A stretch of DNA of 64,000 bases from an uncultured Gemmatimonadales bacterium (GCA_963823035.1 CAWGKG010000014.1:128001-192000); one strand, 5' to 3'. Positions 49,998-63,966 are shown, counted from the first letter of the stretch. Numbers and translations: made by a program. Notes: generated by a model not told the origin, from the sequence alone.

Positions 49998-51318
49998 CTA
50001 CATGTACCTCGTGCGGCCGCGCATCTTCACCCGGCCCTTCTTCATGAAGCCGTCGTAGTGCCGCAGCAGCAGGAGCTGCTGTGCCTGCTGGACCGTGTCG
50101 AGGCCCACACCCACGACGATCAGGAGGCTCGTGCCACCGAAGAAGAACGTCGTGATGTTGAACCAGTGGAAGATCCAGAAGGGAAGCATCGCGATGAGGG
50201 CGAGGTAGATGGCTCCCGGGAGCGTGACACGCGTCAAGCACGCGGTCGATGTACTCCGCCGTGCGGGCCCCCGGCTTCACGCCGGGAACGAACGCACCCT
50301 GCTTCTTCAGGTTCTCCGCGAGGTCGATCGGGTTGAAGATGATCGCCGTGTAGAAGTACGTGAAGAAGAGGATGAGCAGCCCGTACGTGAGGTAGTACGT
50401 AGCGGTCTGTGGCTGGAAGATTTCTGCGATGGCCCGAAGGGGCCCGATGTCCAGGAAGGCCCCAAGCGTACCGGGAATGACGATGAACGACTGGGCGAAG
50501 ATGATCGGCATCACGCCCGCCGAGTTGATCCGCAGAGGGATGAAGCTCTTCTGACCCTCACGGATGCGCCCCCGCCCCACGACCTTGCGCGGGATCTGCA
50601 CGGGGATCTTCCGGGCTGCCATGGTCATCGCCACGACGCCCGCGCTCACGCCCACGACCACGCCCAGGAGGGCGACGATCGCGAAGGCGTTGATCTCGCC
50701 GAGCGTGAACGCCTCCCACGTGCGGCCCACGGCCGCCGGGAAGGACTCGATGATCGAGAAGAAGATCAGGAGGCTCATGCCGTTCCCGATCCCCTGCTCG
50801 GTGATCGCCTCACCCAGCCACATCACGAAGACCGCGCCCACCGTGAGCGCGACCACCGTCGTGAACGCGAAGACGAAGCCCGGCGTGTGCACCGCGCCCG
50901 GAATGGCCTGCAGGAAGGCGGAGTACCCGTAGCCCTGGACGGCGGCGAGGCCGACCGTGACGTAGCGGGTCCACTGCGTCAGCTTCTTGCGCCCCTCCTC
51001 CCCCTCCTTCTGCATCTTCTCGACGGTGGGGAAGACCGCAGCCAGCAGCTGGAACATGATGCTGGCCGAGATATAGGGCATGATGCCCAGGGCGAAGACG
51101 GTGGCCCGCGAAAGGCCGCCGCCGACGAACATGTCGTAGAGCCCGAAGAGCGAGTTCTGGCCCAGCGCGCCGAACTGCTCGCGTAGCACCCCCACGTCCA
51201 GCCCCGGAACGGTGATGTGCGCACCGATCCGGTAGATCAGGAGGATGAACAAGGTGAAGAGGATCTTGTCCTTCAGCTCCGGAACCCGGAACAGATTCGC
51301 GACGGGATTGTTGGCCAT
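49998..51318 (-). CDS. secY: Preprotein translocase SecY (frameshift near 50237)
   Basis: FALGIMPYISASI, GIGNGMSL, AGVMPIIFA and GGTSLLIVVGV. Confidence 0.97.
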
Positions 51319-51326
51319 GGTCTTAC

Positions 51327-51794
51327 TTACTCTTCTGTTGCGGCCTCACCGACCGAGCCGAGTACGCTCACGGAGCCACCTGCGGCTTCGATCTTCTCCC
51401 TGGCGCTCTTGCTGAAGGCGTGAGCCTCCACGGACAGCGCCTTACCGATATCGCCCTGACCCAGGATCTTCACCGGTCGAGTGGCGTGACCGATCAAACC
51501 GGCGCTGCGCATGGAAGCGACGTTCACGTCGCCCTCCATGCGCTCCAGGTCGCGGACGTTCACGACCTGGTACTCCACCCGGTTGATGTTGGTGAAGCCA
51601 CGCTTCGGCAGGCGCCGCTGCAGCGGCATCTGCCCGCCCTCGAAGTGGGGCGAGACGTTGCCGCCCGCGCGGGCGCCCTGACCCTTCTGGCCACGCCCGG
51701 AGGTCTTTCCCGTGCCCGAGCCCGGGCCGCGACCCAGCCGCTTGCGGTTGCGGTGCGACCCCGCGGCGGGGCTCAAATCGTGCAGTTCAGCCAT
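51327..51794 (-). CDS. rplO: 50S ribosomal protein L15
   Basis: GRGPGSG.GKT and [16 protein letters not shown]. Confidence 0.97.
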   Translation of the reverse strand: MAELHDLSPAAGSHRNRKRLGRGPGSGTGKTSGRGQKGQGARAGGNVSPHFEGGQMPLQRRLPKRGFTNINRVEYQVVNVRDLERMEGDVNVASMRSAGLIGHATRPVKILGQGDIGKALSVEAHAFSKSAREKIEAAGGSVSVLGSVGEAATEE

Positions 51795-51799
51795 CGTTC

Positions 51800-52009
51800 C
51801 TACTCGTTGGTCTCCCGCACGCTCAACATGTGCGGGATTTGATTGATCATGCCCCTGATCGCCGGCGTGTCGTCGTGCACAACGCTCGTCTGGTTCTTCG
51901 TCAGCCCCAGCGCCCGCAGCGTGCGCCGCTGCTTCTCGGGCCTGCCGCTGACGCTCCGGACCTGCGTGATCTCGAGCTTGCCACCACCGCTCTGCTTCCG
52001 CTTAGCCAC
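51800..52009 (-). CDS. rpmD: 50S ribosomal protein L30
   Basis: ITQVRS...TLRALGL...IRGMI; position between rpsE and rplO. Confidence 0.95.
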   Translation of the reverse strand: MAKRKQSGGGKLEITQVRSVSGRPEKQRRTLRALGLTKNQTSVVHDDTPAIRGMINQIPHMLSVRETNE

Positions 52010-52529
52010 GTCGCACCCCCAGAGACTCCACGGGCACGCCGCGCTCCCTCGCCGCCTGCTCGGCCGTGACCAGCCGGGTGAGGCCGTTCATGGTCGCACG
52101 TACCACGTTGATGGGGTTGTTGGTTCCCAGGCTCTTCGTGAGCACGTCGCGCACGCCCGCGGCCTCGAGGACGGCGCGCACCGGTCCGCCGGCGATCACG
52201 CCCGTACCGGGCGCGGCCGGACGGAGCAGCACCTGCCCCGCACCCCACTGGCCGAGGATCTCGTGCGGCAGCGTGCCGTTCTCGACCGGGATCTTCTTCA
52301 TGTCCCGCTTGGCGCGCTCGAAGGCCTTACGGATGGCTTCCGCCACCTCGTTGGCCTTCGCCAGCGCGATGCCGACGTTGCCCTTCTGGTCGCCGACGGA
52401 GACGAGCGCGGAGAACGAGAACCGGCGCCCGCCCTTCACGACCTTGGCGACCCGGTTGATGTGGATGACGTTCTCGACGAGGTCGCTGGGCTCCCGGCCC
52501 CGACGTTCCTGCTTCTTGTCCCTGGCCAT
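52002..52529 (-). CDS. rpsE: 30S ribosomal protein S5
   Basis: [16 protein letters not shown] and PGTGVIAGG. Confidence 0.98.
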   Translation of the reverse strand: MARDKKQERRGREPSDLVENVIHINRVAKVVKGGRRFSFSALVSVGDQKGNVGIALAKANEVAEAIRKAFERAKRDMKKIPVENGTLPHEILGQWGAGQVLLRPAAPGTGVIAGGPVRAVLEAAGVRDVLTKSLGTNNPINVVRATMNGLTRLVTAEQAARERGVPVESLGVRRG

Positions 52530-52921
52530 CAGAACTCCAGACCTCCCTCACGAGCGCCTTCGGCGAAGGCTTTGACGCGCCCATGGTATTTGTAGCCGCC
52601 CCGGTCGAACACCACGGCGGTGATTCCCTGGGCCTTGGCCTTCGCCCCCAGGAGCTTCCCGGCGGCCTTGGCCTCCTCGACCCGGCGGTTCTTCCCCTCG
52701 GCCGAGAAGTCCTTCAGCTCCGATGCGAGCGTGGACAGCCCGACCAGCGTACGTCCGGCGTCGTCGTCGATGACCTGACCCTCGATGTTCCGCAGCGAAC
52801 GGTAGACGCACAGGCGCGGCCGCTCGGCCGTGCCCTGCACCTTGTTCCGGACACGGAGGTGCCGACGCTTCCGCTGGAGTCCGCGGTTCTTCCTGAGTTT
52901 GCTCTGTTTGATCATAGCCAT
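52529..52921 (-). CDS. rplR: 50S ribosomal protein L18
   Basis: [12 protein letters not shown] and [13 protein letters not shown]. Confidence 0.97.
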   Translation of the reverse strand: MAMIKQSKLRKNRGLQRKRRHLRVRNKVQGTAERPRLCVYRSLRNIEGQVIDDDAGRTLVGLSTLASELKDFSAEGKNRRVEEAKAAGKLLGAKAKAQGITAVVFDRGGYKYHGRVKAFAEGAREGGLEF

Positions 52922-52923
52922 GG

Positions 52924-53463
52924 TCACGCCCCAGCCGTCTTGCCGGCCTTGCGCCGAATCTGCTCACCCTGATAGCGGACGCCCTTGCCCTTGTAGGGCT
53001 CGGGCGGCCGGAAACCGCGAATCTCCGCCGCGACCTGGCCCACGCTCTGCTTGTCGGGCCCGGACACGACGATGGTCGTCGGGTTCGGCAGCTCGATGTT
53101 CACGCCCGGGACGGGGGTGTAGTCGATCGTGTGCGAGAACCCGAGGCTGAGGGTGATCCCCTGCCCCTTCGCCTCGGCACGGTAGCCGACGCCCTGGATC
53201 TCGAGCGTACGCTTGAAGCCGTTGGTCACGCCTTCCACCATGTTGGCCACGAGCGAGCGCGTCAGGCCGTGGAGCGCCCTGTGCCGCTGCTGCTCCGAGG
53301 GCCGCTCGACGCGGATCTCCCCGTCGTCGATGGTCACCTTCATCTCGGCGTGGTAGGCCAGGGAAAGCTCTCCCTTCGGCCCCTTCACCCTGAGCGTGCC
53401 TCCGGCGTCGCTTGCATCCACGCCCTTCGGGATCGCGACCGGCAGCTTTCCGATTCTAGACAT
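52924..53463 (-). CDS. rplF: 50S ribosomal protein L6
   Basis: MSRIGK, VKGPKG and PEPYKGKG. Confidence 0.97.
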   Translation of the reverse strand: MSRIGKLPVAIPKGVDASDAGGTLRVKGPKGELSLAYHAEMKVTIDDGEIRVERPSEQQRHRALHGLTRSLVANMVEGVTNGFKRTLEIQGVGYRAEAKGQGITLSLGFSHTIDYTPVPGVNIELPNPTTIVVSGPDKQSVGQVAAEIRGFRPPEPYKGKGVRYQGEQIRRKAGKTAGA

Positions 53464-53479
53464 CGTTCCGTTTCTCGCC

Positions 53480-53872
53480 TTACCAGACCTTCGCCATGAG
53501 CTCGCCGCCGACACCCTTGTCGCGGGCTCCCCGATCGGAGAGCACGCCGACGGACGTGGACAGGATCGCCATGCCGAGCCCGTTGCGGACGCGCGGGATC
53601 TCCGTGGCCGGCACGTAGTGCCGGCGCCCCGGCCTCGAGACGCGCTCGAGGTGCCGGATCACCGGCTGTCCCTCGTGATACTTGAGGTAGACCCGGAGGA
53701 CGCCGTGCTTGCCGTCGTCCAGGACCTTGTGATCGTGGATGTAGCGGTTCTCGGTGAGGACGCGGGCGACCTCGACCTTGAGCTTGGACACGGGCATGTC
53801 GGCCCACTTGTGCCCCGCCGTGACGGCGTTGCGCAGGCGGGTGAGCATGTCCGCGATCGGATCGGTCATCAT
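53480..53872 (-). CDS. rpsH: 30S ribosomal protein S8
   Basis: [18 protein letters not shown] and VGGE. Confidence 0.97.
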   Translation of the reverse strand: MMTDPIADMLTRLRNAVTAGHKWADMPVSKLKVEVARVLTENRYIHDHKVLDDGKHGVLRVYLKYHEGQPVIRHLERVSRPGRRHYVPATEIPRVRNGLGMAILSTSVGVLSDRGARDKGVGGELMAKVW

Positions 53873-53887
53873 TTCGGTTTCTCGCCC

Positions 53888-54073
53888 CTACCAGCTCGAC
53901 TTACGGACTCCGGGGATCTCCCCACGGAGCGACATCTCGCGGAAGCAGATGCGGCAAAGGCCGAACTTGCGCAGGAATCCGCGCGGCCGGCCGCACCGCT
54001 GACAACGGTTCCTGTGGCGCGTGCTGAACTTCGGCTCGCCCTTCTGCTTTTCGATGAGCGCCTTCCTCGCCAT
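53888..54073 (-). CDS. rpsZ: 30S ribosomal protein S14, Zn-binding type Z
   Basis: 61 aa with CQRCGR...CRICFRE. Confidence 0.96.
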   Translation of the reverse strand: MARKALIEKQKGEPKFSTRHRNRCQRCGRPRGFLRKFGLCRICFREMSLRGEIPGVRKSSW

Positions 54074-54092
54074 GCTCTCGTATCTCCTGTCG

Positions 54093-54662
54093 TCAGGCGG
54101 CGCCGACCGGGACCGGCACCGTATCGCGGAATGGGAAGCCCATTTCGCGGAGCAGCGCGAAGGCCTCGTCGTCCTTGTTCGTGGACGTCACGATCGTGAT
54201 GTCCATGCCATGGATCTTGTTCACCCGGTCGTAGTTGATCTCCGGGAAGATGATCTGCTCCTTCACGCCGATGGTGTAGTTGCCACGGCCGTCGAAGGAA
54301 CGCGTGGGCAGCCCGCGGAAGTCACGGATACGCGGGATGGCCGTCGCGATCAGCCGGTCCAGGAAGAACCACATCCGCTCCTGGCGCAGCGTGACCGAGA
54401 CGCCGACCGGCATCCCTTCGCGCAGGGAGAAGTTCGAGATCGACTTGCGCGCCTTGTTCACCACGGCGCGCTGGCCCGTGATCGCGCCCAACTCGTCCTG
54501 GACGCTCTGCAGGAGCTTCTGGTCCTTGGACGCGTCACCGACGCCCACGTTCAGAACGATCTTCATGATCCGCGGGACGCGGTGCGGGTTCGTGAAGCCG
54601 AACTCCGCCTGGAGCTTGGCCCGCGCCTGCGTGGAGTAATGTGTCTTGAGCCTGGGTTCCAT
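54093..54662 (-). CDS. rplE: 50S ribosomal protein L5
   Basis: [24 protein letters not shown] and GMDI. Confidence 0.98.
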   Translation of the reverse strand: MEPRLKTHYSTQARAKLQAEFGFTNPHRVPRIMKIVLNVGVGDASKDQKLLQSVQDELGAITGQRAVVNKARKSISNFSLREGMPVGVSVTLRQERMWFFLDRLIATAIPRIRDFRGLPTRSFDGRGNYTIGVKEQIIFPEINYDRVNKIHGMDITIVTSTNKDDEAFALLREMGFPFRDTVPVPVGAA

Positions 54663-54671
54663 GTCTCTGCC

Positions 54672-55008
54672 TTACTGCGGCCTCGGAATCGGATTGCCGC
54701 TCTTCACGGAAATCCGCTCCTTGGTGCCGTCGTCCTCGATGCGCACGCGTACCCGGCTGGGCTCGCCCGAGCGCCGGATCGATGAGCATCACGTTCGAGA
54801 TGTCGATGGGCGCCTCGAAGGAGATGATGCCTCCGTCGGGGTTCGCCTGGCTCGGCCGTTGGTGCCGCTTGCGGGTGTTCACGCCCTCGACGCGCACGCG
54901 GCCGGCGTCCCTCAGTACCTCGAGCACCGTGCCTTCCATGTCGCGGTAGTTACCCCGGATGACGCGCACACGGTCGCCCTTCAGGATCTGGTGCTTGCGC
55001 GCGGCCAT
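54672..55008 (-). CDS. rplX: 50S ribosomal protein L24 (frameshift near 54775)
   Basis: KGDRVRVIRG, VEGVN and EAPIDISNV. Confidence 0.93.
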
Positions 55009-55376
55009 CAGAGCACCTCGGGCGCAAGGGAAACGATCTTCATGTACCTCTTCTCGCGCAGCTCACGGCCCACCGGGCCGAAGATACGGGTCCCGCGGGG
55101 CTCGCCCTGCGGGTTGATGATCACCGCAGCGTTGTCGTCGAAGCGGATGTACGTGCCGTCCTTCCGGCGCGTCTCCTTGGCCGTGCGCACCACCACGGCC
55201 TTGACCACGTCGCCCTTTTTGATCCCGGCGTTCGGGATGGCGTCCTTCACCGTGGCCACGATGACGTCGCCCACGCCGGCATAGCGGCGTCGCGAGCCAC
55301 CCAGGACGCGAATGCACAGCGCCGTCTTGGCTCCGGTGTTGTCCGCGATCCGGAGGATCGACTCCTGCTGGATCAT
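55008..55376 (-). CDS. rplN: 50S ribosomal protein L14
   Basis: [15 protein letters not shown] and SLAPEVL. Confidence 0.98.
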   Translation of the reverse strand: MIQQESILRIADNTGAKTALCIRVLGGSRRRYAGVGDVIVATVKDAIPNAGIKKGDVVKAVVVRTAKETRRKDGTYIRFDDNAAVIINPQGEPRGTRIFGPVGRELREKRYMKIVSLAPEVL

Positions 55377-55413
55377 CTCAGTGTCTCTCTGTCTCTTTCA
55401 GTTCCGCAGCGCT

Positions 55414-55716
55414 TCAAACAGGACGCTCGATCAGCTCGACGACGCGCCACCGCTTCGTCTTCGACAGCGGCCGCGTCTCCTGAATCCGGACCACGTCGCC
55501 CGTCCTGTACTCGTTCTTCTCGTCGTGCGCATGGTACTTCTTCGAGCGCTTCACACCCTTCCCGTACAGGGGGTGCGCGAACCGCCGCTCGACCACCACG
55601 GTCACGGTCTTGTCGGACTTGTCGCTCGCGATGACGCCGACGCGCGACTTCCGACGGTTGCCACGGGCCTCACCGGCCGTCGCGGCTTCGTTCTGCTGAA
55701 CTTCGGTCTCGCTCAT
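55414..55716 (-). CDS. rpsQ: 30S ribosomal protein S17
   Basis: HPLYGK and [11 protein letters not shown]. Confidence 0.97.
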   Translation of the reverse strand: MSETEVQQNEAATAGEARGNRRKSRVGVIASDKSDKTVTVVVERRFAHPLYGKGVKRSKKYHAHDEKNEYRTGDVVRIQETRPLSKTKRWRVVELIERPV

Positions 55717-55732
55717 GTTCTACCTGTGCGTG

Positions 55733-55933
55733 TCAGCCATTCTCGGCGAGCTCGCGCTCGCGGAGGATCGTCTTGAGGCGCGCGATGTCGCGCCGGATGT
55801 GCTTGAGCAGAGTCGGGTTCTCGAGCTCCATCATGGACGCCTGGAAGCGCAGCCTGAACCGCTCCTCCTTCAGCTCCTTGACGCGAGCGTTGATCTCGAC
55901 CTCGTCCCACTCCCGGATATCTTCGGCCTTCAT
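55733..55933 (-). CDS. rpmC: 50S ribosomal protein L29
   Basis: MKAEDIRE...FRLRFQ...[12 protein letters not shown] at 55933. Confidence 0.95.
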   Translation of the reverse strand: MKAEDIREWDEVEINARVKELKEERFRLRFQASMMELENPTLLKHIRRDIARLKTILRERELAENG

Positions 55934-55943
55934 CCGTTGGCTC

Positions 55944-56360
55944 CTACAGCTGCTGGTCGCGGATGACGAAGCGGGTCTTGATCGGCAGCTTGGCCGCGGC
56001 CAGCTCCATCGCGCGCTGCGCCATCTTCGTGTCCACACCTTCGAGCTCGAACATCACCCGGCCCGGCTTCACGACCGCCACCCATCCCTCGGGGTTGCCC
56101 TTTCCCTTCCCCATCCGCGTCTCCGCCGGCTTGGAAGTGATGGGCTTGTCCGGAAAGATGCGGATCCAGACCTTCCCGCCGCGCTTGATGTGGCGGGTCA
56201 TCGCCACACGCGCGGCTTCGATCTGGCGGTTGCTGATCCAGGCGGGCTCGATGGCCTGCAAGCCATACTCCCCGAAGGACACCTTGTTGCCCCGGGTGGC
56301 CTTGCCGCTCATGCGGCCCTTGAACTGCTTGCGGTATTTGACCCGCTTCGGCGCTAGCAT
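55944..56360 (-). CDS. rplP: 50S ribosomal protein L16
   Basis: QIEAAR and RMGKGKG. Confidence 0.98.
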   Translation of the reverse strand: MLAPKRVKYRKQFKGRMSGKATRGNKVSFGEYGLQAIEPAWISNRQIEAARVAMTRHIKRGGKVWIRIFPDKPITSKPAETRMGKGKGNPEGWVAVVKPGRVMFELEGVDTKMAQRAMELAAAKLPIKTRFVIRDQQL

Positions 56361-56382
56361 CGTCTAGACCTCGTCAGCCTCT

Positions 56383-57042
56383 TCAGGAGCCCGTGGAGTA
56401 CGTGCGGCCGGGCCGTTCCTCGACAACCTCACCCTTGAAGATCCAGCACTTCACGCCGATCACACCGTACGTGGTGAAGGCGTGGATCTGCGCGTAGTCG
56501 ATGTCGGCACGGAGGGTGTGCAGGGGCACGCGGCCCTCGTTGTAGCCCTCGGTGCGTGCGATCTCGGCGCCGCCCAGCCGGCCGGCGCACTGGATCTTGA
56601 TGCCTTCCGCGCCTGCGCGGATCGCGGACTGCACGGCACGCTTCATGGCGCGGCGGAACGAGATCCGCTGGCGCAGCTGGTGGGCGACGTTCTCCGCCAC
56701 CAGGTACGCCTCGACCTCGGGCCGCTTGATCTCCTCGACGTTCACGGAGATCTCGGCGTTCGTGAGCACGGCCAACTCGTCGCGCAGCTTGTCGACCTCC
56801 GAACCGCGCTTGCCGATCACGACGCCGGGGCGCGCGGTATGGAGCGTCACGACGATCTTGCTCGGCTTGCGCTCGATGTCGATCTCGGCCAAGGCCGCGT
56901 GCGACAGGCGGCGGCGGAGATACTTGCGGATCGTCTCGTCCTCCATGAGGAGGCGGGGGAAGTCGCGCTCCGCATACCAGCGGGACCTCCAGTCCTTGAC
57001 GATCCCGAGTCGAAAGCCGTGGGGATGTGTCTTCTGACCCAT
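56383..57042 (-). CDS. rpsC: 30S ribosomal protein S3
   Basis: [22 protein letters not shown] and [11 protein letters not shown]. Confidence 0.98.
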   Translation of the reverse strand: MGQKTHPHGFRLGIVKDWRSRWYAERDFPRLLMEDETIRKYLRRRLSHAALAEIDIERKPSKIVVTLHTARPGVVIGKRGSEVDKLRDELAVLTNAEISVNVEEIKRPEVEAYLVAENVAHQLRQRISFRRAMKRAVQSAIRAGAEGIKIQCAGRLGGAEIARTEGYNEGRVPLHTLRADIDYAQIHAFTTYGVIGVKCWIFKGEVVEERPGRTYSTGS

Positions 57043-57398
57043 CAGTTCGCTTCCTTGGTGTCCACCACGACAGTGATGTGGCTCGTGCGATGCCGGCGCG
57101 GCGCCGCACGTCCCTGCGCGGCCGCCTTCCACCGGCGCAGCGTGGGTCCCTCGTCGACGAACGCCTCGCGCACGAAGAGATCGTCCACGTCGAGCACGCC
57201 TCCTCCGTCCTGCGCCTTCACCTGCGCGTTCGCCACCGCGGAGCGGAGGGTCTTCCCCACCGGCTCCGAGGCGCTCTTCTTCGAGAACTGCAGGATGCCG
57301 TAGGCCTCGTTGACCGACTTGCCGCGGATCTGATCCACGACGAGCCGCACCTTACGTGCGCTCATGCGGATGTGCCGGGCGATCGCTTTCGCTTCCAT
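57042..57398 (-). CDS. rplV: 50S ribosomal protein L22
   Basis: [15 protein letters not shown] and TSHITV. Confidence 0.97.
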   Translation of the reverse strand: MEAKAIARHIRMSARKVRLVVDQIRGKSVNEAYGILQFSKKSASEPVGKTLRSAVANAQVKAQDGGGVLDVDDLFVREAFVDEGPTLRRWKAAAQGRAAPRRHRTSHITVVVDTKEAN

Positions 57399-57409
57399 GA
57401 CGTGCTCTC

Positions 57410-57697
57410 CTACCTGGCCTTGGCCCGCTTGTCGGCCAGCTTGCCGCCGTGGCCCCGGAACAGGCGGGTCGGCGAGAACTCACCCAGCTTGTGGCCCACC
57501 ATGTTCTCGGTGATGTACACGGGGATGAACTTGTTCCCGTTGTGCACGGCCACCGTGTGGCCGACGAACTCCGGGGAGATCGTGGAGGCACGAGCCCACG
57601 TCTTGAGCACCTTCTTCTCACCGCGGGAGTTCATGATCTCCACCCGCAGGAGCAGGCGGTCGTTGATGAAGGGCCCCTTCTTTACGCTCCGTGGCAT
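57410..57697 (-). CDS. rpsS: 30S ribosomal protein S19
   Basis: RSVKKGPF and MVGHKLGEF. Confidence 0.98.
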   Translation of the reverse strand: MPRSVKKGPFINDRLLLRVEIMNSRGEKKVLKTWARASTISPEFVGHTVAVHNGNKFIPVYITENMVGHKLGEFSPTRLFRGHGGKLADKRAKAR

Positions 57698-57738
57698 CTC
57701 TCAGACCTCGACTCGAGCCGTATTCCGAATCCGATCCA

Positions 57739-58578
57739 CTACTGCGTGGCCTTGCCGCGACGGCGGCCACGCACGATCAGCTTCTGCGATTCCTTCTTCT
57801 TGTCCCTCGTCTTCTTCCCTTCGGGCTTGCCCCAGGGCGACACCGGAGGACGACCGCCGGAGGAGCGGCCCTCGCCGCCACCCAGCGGATGGTCGACCGG
57901 GTTCATGGCAACGCCCCGGACCTTCGGGCGCCGTCCCCGCCAGCGGTTCGCGCCGGCCTTGCCGAGCACCGTGAGCTCGTGGTCGCCGTTCCCCACCTCG
58001 CCGACCGTGGCCAGGCACTCCTTGCGCACCCGCCGCACCTCGGTCGAGGGGAGGCGGAGCGTCACGTGGTCGCCCTCCTTGGCCATCACCGACACACTCG
58101 AGCCGGCCGAGCGGGCCATCTGGCCACCCTTCCCCGGCTTCAGCTCGACGTTGTGCACCGAGGTGCCGAGCGGAACCAGCTCGAGCGGCAGGGCGCAACC
58201 GATGCGCACGTCCGCCTCGCGTCCCGAGGAGATGCGATCGCCGACGTTGAGCCCCTTCGGATGGAGGATGTAGCGCTTCTCCCCGTCCTCGTAGGTCACC
58301 AGGGCGATGTTCGCGGAGCGGTTCGGATCGTACTCGATCTCCGAGACGACCGCCGTCATGCCGACCTTGTCCCGCTTGAAGTCGACCCGCCGGTACTTCC
58401 GCTTGTGTCCGCCTCCACGCCGGCGCACGGTGATGTGGCCGTGGTGGTTGCGCCCACCCTTGCCGCTCAGCGACTCCGTGAGCGACCGCTCGGGCGTGCT
58501 GCGCGTGATGACGTCGCCGTCCAGCGTCGACCGGAACCGTGTGCCCGGCGTCATCGGCTTGAATTTCTTGATGCCCAT
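57739..58578 (-). CDS. rplB: 50S ribosomal protein L2
   Basis: EYDPNRSA and [17 protein letters not shown]. Confidence 0.98.
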   Translation of the reverse strand: MGIKKFKPMTPGTRFRSTLDGDVITRSTPERSLTESLSGKGGRNHHGHITVRRRGGGHKRKYRRVDFKRDKVGMTAVVSEIEYDPNRSANIALVTYEDGEKRYILHPKGLNVGDRISSGREADVRIGCALPLELVPLGTSVHNVELKPGKGGQMARSAGSSVSVMAKEGDHVTLRLPSTEVRRVRKECLATVGEVGNGDHELTVLGKAGANRWRGRRPKVRGVAMNPVDHPLGGGEGRSSGGRPPVSPWGKPEGKKTRDKKKESQKLIVRGRRRGKATQ

Positions 58579-58580
58579 GG

Positions 58581-58892
58581 TCAACCGACCTCGTAGAGCT
58601 CGATGTGTTCACCCTCTGCGAGCTGCACCACGGCCTTCTTGTAGCCCGGGCGCCGACCCTTGCTCCAGTTCTTGGCCATGCGGCCGAGGAAGGAGCGGCG
58701 GGTCTTGCCGGCGTAGCGCATCGTGCGGACGTCCTTCACGGTCACGTCCCAGAGGCGCTCGACGGCTTGGCCGATCTCGATCTTGTTGGCGTCCACCGCC
58801 ACGATGAACGTGTAGACGCTGCGCGACTCCATCTGCTCGGAGGACTTCTCCGTCACCACCGGCGAGATGATCACGTCCTGAGGCTCACGCAT
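58581..58892 (-). CDS. rplW: 50S ribosomal protein L23
   Basis: PVVTEKS, ANKIEI and KKAVV. Confidence 0.96.
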   Translation of the reverse strand: MREPQDVIISPVVTEKSSEQMESRSVYTFIVAVDANKIEIGQAVERLWDVTVKDVRTMRYAGKTRRSFLGRMAKNWSKGRRPGYKKAVVQLAEGEHIELYEVG

Positions 58893-59547
58893 CGCCGTCC
58901 TCCTCGCTCTCCGACGTCGCGTCGACCGTCGTCGTGTCCGTCATCCGCTCCATGGCGCTACGCTCGATGAGCACCACGCCCGCCCACAGCACATCGTAGA
59001 CCGACTCCTGACCGAACGGCATCACCGAGACGTTCTTCAGATTGCGCGCCGACAGGTACACGTTCTCCTTCTTGCCGTCCGTGAGGATCAGCACCTTGCC
59101 GACGACCTCGATCGACCCGAGGAAGTTCATGAGATCCCGGGTCTTCGGCTGCTCCAGCGCCGGAACGTCCACGAGCACCACGCGGTCGTTCTCGGCGCGG
59201 TCGTTCAGCGCCGAGCGGCGCGCGAGCGCCTTGACCTTCTTGGGCACGCGCTGACGCCACGAATGCGGGATGGGCGGGAACGCCCTGCCGCCGCCTTCCC
59301 ACTGCACGGCGCGGATGGTGCCCTGGCGGGCCCGACCCGTGCCCTTCTGGCGCCACGGCTTGCTGTTGCCGCCGGACACCTCGCTGCGGGTCTTGGCCGA
59401 AGCCGTCCCCTGCCGCTGGTTCGCGAGGAACGCCTTCACCACCTGGTGCATGACGCTCTCGTTCACGACGCCGTCGAAGAGGACGTCGGGCAGCGCCCGC
59501 GCCTTCCCCTTCTTGCCGTCTGCCTTGTAGTAGCGCGCCTTATACAT
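58885..59547 (-). CDS. rplD: 50S ribosomal protein L4
   Basis: RQGT and KPWRQKGTGRARQG. Confidence 0.97.
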   Translation of the reverse strand: MYKARYYKADGKKGKARALPDVLFDGVVNESVMHQVVKAFLANQRQGTASAKTRSEVSGGNSKPWRQKGTGRARQGTIRAVQWEGGGRAFPPIPHSWRQRVPKKVKALARRSALNDRAENDRVVLVDVPALEQPKTRDLMNFLGSIEVVGKVLILTDGKKENVYLSARNLKNVSVMPFGQESVYDVLWAGVVLIERSAMERMTDTTTVDATSESEEDGDA

Positions 59548-59550
59548 GGC

Positions 59551-60171
59551 TCACTTCGAGATCAGGACGTAGCCGTCACGGGCCCCGGGGACCCCACCCT
59601 TCACGAAGAGCAGGTTCCTCTCGGGATCGACCCGGACCACCTGGATGTTGCGAATGCTCGTGCGCGTCCCGCCCATGCGTCCGGGGAGCTTCTTCCCCTT
59701 GATGACGCGGGACGGGTTCGTGCCGGGGCCGATCGAGCCGGGAGTGCGGGACATGGGATGTCCGTGCCCCCCGGGTCGGCCCGTGAAACCATGGCGCTTC
59801 ACCACGCCCTGGAACCCACGGCCCTTGGAGTGACCGGTGACCTTCACCCGGTCGCCCGCCTCGAACACCTCGACGGTGAGCTGCTGGCCCACCTCGTAGT
59901 CCTCTCCGTCTTCCAACCGGAAATCGCGGAGGACGCGGGGCGCCTGCTCGAGTCCCGCCTTCACGGCGTGACCGACCTGCGCCCGCGTGGCATGCTTCTC
60001 CTTCCGGGCTCCGAAGCCCAGCTGGATCGAGCGTATGCCACCGTTGTCGCTCTCCGATTTCACCTGCACGACCGGGCACGGACCGGCTTCGATGACAGTG
60101 ACGGGGATCTGACTCCCCTCCTCATCGAAGATCCGCGTCATGCCGATCTTTCTTCCGATCAATCCGGGCAT
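59551..60171 (-). CDS. rplC: 50S ribosomal protein L3
   Basis: [15 protein letters not shown] and PGSIG. Confidence 0.98.
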   Translation of the reverse strand: MPGLIGRKIGMTRIFDEEGSQIPVTVIEAGPCPVVQVKSESDNGGIRSIQLGFGARKEKHATRAQVGHAVKAGLEQAPRVLRDFRLEDGEDYEVGQQLTVEVFEAGDRVKVTGHSKGRGFQGVVKRHGFTGRPGGHGHPMSRTPGSIGPGTNPSRVIKGKKLPGRMGGTRTSIRNIQVVRVDPERNLLFVKGGVPGARDGYVLISK

Positions 60172-60187
60172 TTCCGGAGTTCCTCCG

Positions 60188-60496
60188 TCAGTCGACCTTG
60201 ATCTCGACGTCGACCCCTGCCGGCAAATCCAGCTTGGTCAACGCGTCGATCGTCTGCGGGCGGCTCTCCACGATGTCGATGAGCCGCTTGTGCGTCCGAA
60301 GCTCGAACTGCTCCCGGCTCTTCTTGTCCACGTGCGGGGAGCGAAGCACGGTCCAGCGCTGCCTGCGCGTCGGCAGGGGGATGGGCCCCCGTACCGTCGC
60401 GCCGGTCTTCTGCGCGGTGCGTACGATGTCGGCGGCGGTCTGGTCAACCACCCAGTGGTCGAACGCCTTCAGTCGGATTCGGATTCTTTCAGCCAT
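60188..60496 (-). CDS. rpsJ: 30S ribosomal protein S10
   Basis: [16 protein letters not shown] and [13 protein letters not shown]. Confidence 0.98.
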   Translation of the reverse strand: MAERIRIRLKAFDHWVVDQTAADIVRTAQKTGATVRGPIPLPTRRQRWTVLRSPHVDKKSREQFELRTHKRLIDIVESRPQTIDALTKLDLPAGVDVEIKVD

Positions 60497-60580
60497 TTCT
60501 CTCTCGGGTGGGGGGCCGGTGCGTGGCCCCCGCTGCGACTCGACCGCTCGGCCGCCGGGTATTCGCCCGGCTGGCCTTTC

Positions 60581-60614
60581 GGAAGGAGGGGACCTCTGGA
60601 GGCCCCCTCCTTCC
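60581..60614 (-). other. Stem-loop immediately after the tuf stop codon
   Basis: GGAAGGAGGGG-a-CCTC-tg-GAGG-c-CCCCTCCTTCC; no U-tract. Confidence 0.6.
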
Positions 60615-60620
60615 TCGCCC

Positions 60621-61824
<1,204 letters not shown>

Positions 61825-61869
61825 GGCTCGTCCCTTGGTTCGATCGTCGTTCTTGGGTGAATGAACTAC

Positions 61870-63966
61870 TCAGCCGGCCCCGTTGGCGGACATGATCTCT
61901 TCCGCCTTCGATTTCGGGACCTCTTCGTAGTGGGCGAACTGCATCGTGTAGACGGCCCGACCCTGACTCAGGGAGCGGAGCGTCGTCGAGTAACCGAACA
62001 TCTCGCCGAGGGGGACCGAGGCGCCGATCACGCGGGCGCCCGCCCGCTCGGTCATCCCTCCGACCCGGCCACGCCGGGAGGAGAGGTCGCCGATGAGGTC
62101 ACCCATGTACTCCGCCGGGGTGACGACTTCGACGTCCATGACGGGCTCCAGCAGGACCGGCTTCGCCTTGCGGATCGCGTCCTTGATCGCCATCGAGCCC
62201 GCGATCTTGAACGCCATCTCGCTGGAGTCCACGTCGTGGTAGGAGCCGAACACCAGCTCCACCTTCACGTCGATGACCGGATAGCCGGCCAGGATGCCGT
62301 TGTCGAGCGCTTCGCGGATGCCCTGCTCCACCGGGCCGATGTACTCCCGGGGGATCACGCCACCGACGATCTTGTCCTCGAAGACGAAGCCGCTGCCCGG
62401 CTCGCCCGGCTCGACGTTGATGACGACGTGGCCGTACTGGCCGCGGCCGCCCGTCTGCCGCACGAACTTCCCCTCGACCTTCTCGGCGCGGCTGCGGATC
62501 GTCTCGCGGTACGCCACCTGAGGGCGACCCACGTTGGCCTCCACGCCGAACTCGCGGCGCAGACGGTCGACGATGATCTCGAGGTGCAACTCGCCCATGC
62601 CGGCGATGATCGTCTGGCTCGTCTCCGGGTCGGTGTGCACCCGGAACGTCGGATCCTCGTCGGCCAGCTTCGCGAGCCCGTTGCCGAGCTTGTCCTGGTC
62701 CGCCTTCGTCTTGGGCTCGATGGCCACCGCGATGACCGGCTCCGGGAACTTCATCGCCTCCAGGATGATCGGGGCGTTCTCGACGCAGAGCGTGTCGCCC
62801 GTCTTCACTTCCTTGAGTCCGATGGCCGCCGCGATGTCACCGGCGAACACCTCGTCCCGCTCCTCGCGCTTGTTGGCGTGCATCTGCAGGATGCGGCCCA
62901 CGCGCTCGCGGCGGTCCTTGGTGGCGTTGTACACGTAGCTGCCCGAGGGCAGCGAGCCCGAGTACACGCGGAAGAACGTCAGCTTACCGACGTACGGATC
63001 GGTGGCGATCTTGAACGCCAGCGCCGAGAAGGGCGCGTCGTCCGAGGGCGCGCGCGTGTCGTGCGTCTCGTCGTGGTACGGCAGGTGGCCCTGGATCGGG
63101 GGGACGTCCACCGGCGAAGGCAGGTAGTCGATCACGCCGTCCAGGAGGGCCTGCACGCCCTTGTTCTTGAACGCCGAGCCGCAGAACACCGGGAAGATCA
63201 CGCCCTTGATGGTGGCGGCCCGGATCGCGTGCCGGAACTCGTCGTTGGTGAGCTCCTGGCCCGCCAGGTACTTCTCGATCAGCTCGTCGTCGTGCTCGAT
63301 CGCCGCCTCGAGGAGCGTGTGACGCAGCTCCGCGACGATCTTCTTCTGTGCGTCGGGGATCTCGACCTTCGTGAACTTCGCGCCCAGCTCGTCCTCGAAG
63401 ACGATGGCCTCCTGCTCGACGATGTCCACGATGCCCGTGAAGAGCTCGCCCTCGCCGAGGGGATACTGGACCGGGTGGGCGTTGGCGCCCAGCCGCTCCT
63501 TCATCATGCCGACGACGTTCATGAAGTCGGCGCCGACGCGGTCCATCTTGTTGACGAACGCGATGCGCGGAACGCCGTAGCGGTCCGCCTGGCGCCACAC
63601 GGTCTCGGACTGCGGCTCGACGCCGCCGACCGCGCAGAACACGGCCACCGCACCGTCCAGCACCCGCAGGGACCGCTCCACCTCGGCGGTGAAGTCCACG
63701 TGCCCGGGGGTGTCGATGATGTTGATCCGGTACTCGGTGTCGCGGCGCTTCCAGTGGCAGGTCGTGGCCGCGGAGGTGATCGTGATGCCCCGCTCCTGCT
63801 CCTGCTCCATCCAGTCCATCGTCGCCGCGCCCTCGTGGACCTCGCCCATCTTGTGCACCCGCCCCGTGTAGAAGAGGATGCGCTCGGTGGTCGTGGTCTT
63901 CCCGGCATCGATGTGCGCCATGATGCCGATGTTCCGGAGCTGCGGCAGTGGCGTGATCCTGGGCAT
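61870..63966 (-). CDS. fusA: Elongation factor G
   Basis: [32 protein letters not shown] and [11 protein letters not shown]. Confidence 0.99.
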   Translation of the reverse strand: MPRITPLPQLRNIGIMAHIDAGKTTTTERILFYTGRVHKMGEVHEGAATMDWMEQEQERGITITSAATTCHWKRRDTEYRINIIDTPGHVDFTAEVERSLRVLDGAVAVFCAVGGVEPQSETVWRQADRYGVPRIAFVNKMDRVGADFMNVVGMMKERLGANAHPVQYPLGEGELFTGIVDIVEQEAIVFEDELGAKFTKVEIPDAQKKIVAELRHTLLEAAIEHDDELIEKYLAGQELTNDEFRHAIRAATIKGVIFPVFCGSAFKNKGVQALLDGVIDYLPSPVDVPPIQGHLPYHDETHDTRAPSDDAPFSALAFKIATDPYVGKLTFFRVYSGSLPSGSYVYNATKDRRERVGRILQMHANKREERDEVFAGDIAAAIGLKEVKTGDTLCVENAPIILEAMKFPEPVIAVAIEPKTKADQDKLGNGLAKLADEDPTFRVHTDPETSQTIIAGMGELHLEIIVDRLRREFGVEANVGRPQVAYRETIRSRAEKVEGKFVRQTGGRGQYGHVVINVEPGEPGSGFVFEDKIVGGVIPREYIGPVEQGIREALDNGILAGYPVIDVKVELVFGSYHDVDSSEMAFKIAGSMAIKDAIRKAKPVLLEPVMDVEVVTPAEYMGDLIGDLSSRRGRVGGMTERAGARVIGASVPLGEMFGYSTTLRSLSQGRAVYTMQFAHYEEVPKSKAEEIMSANGAG

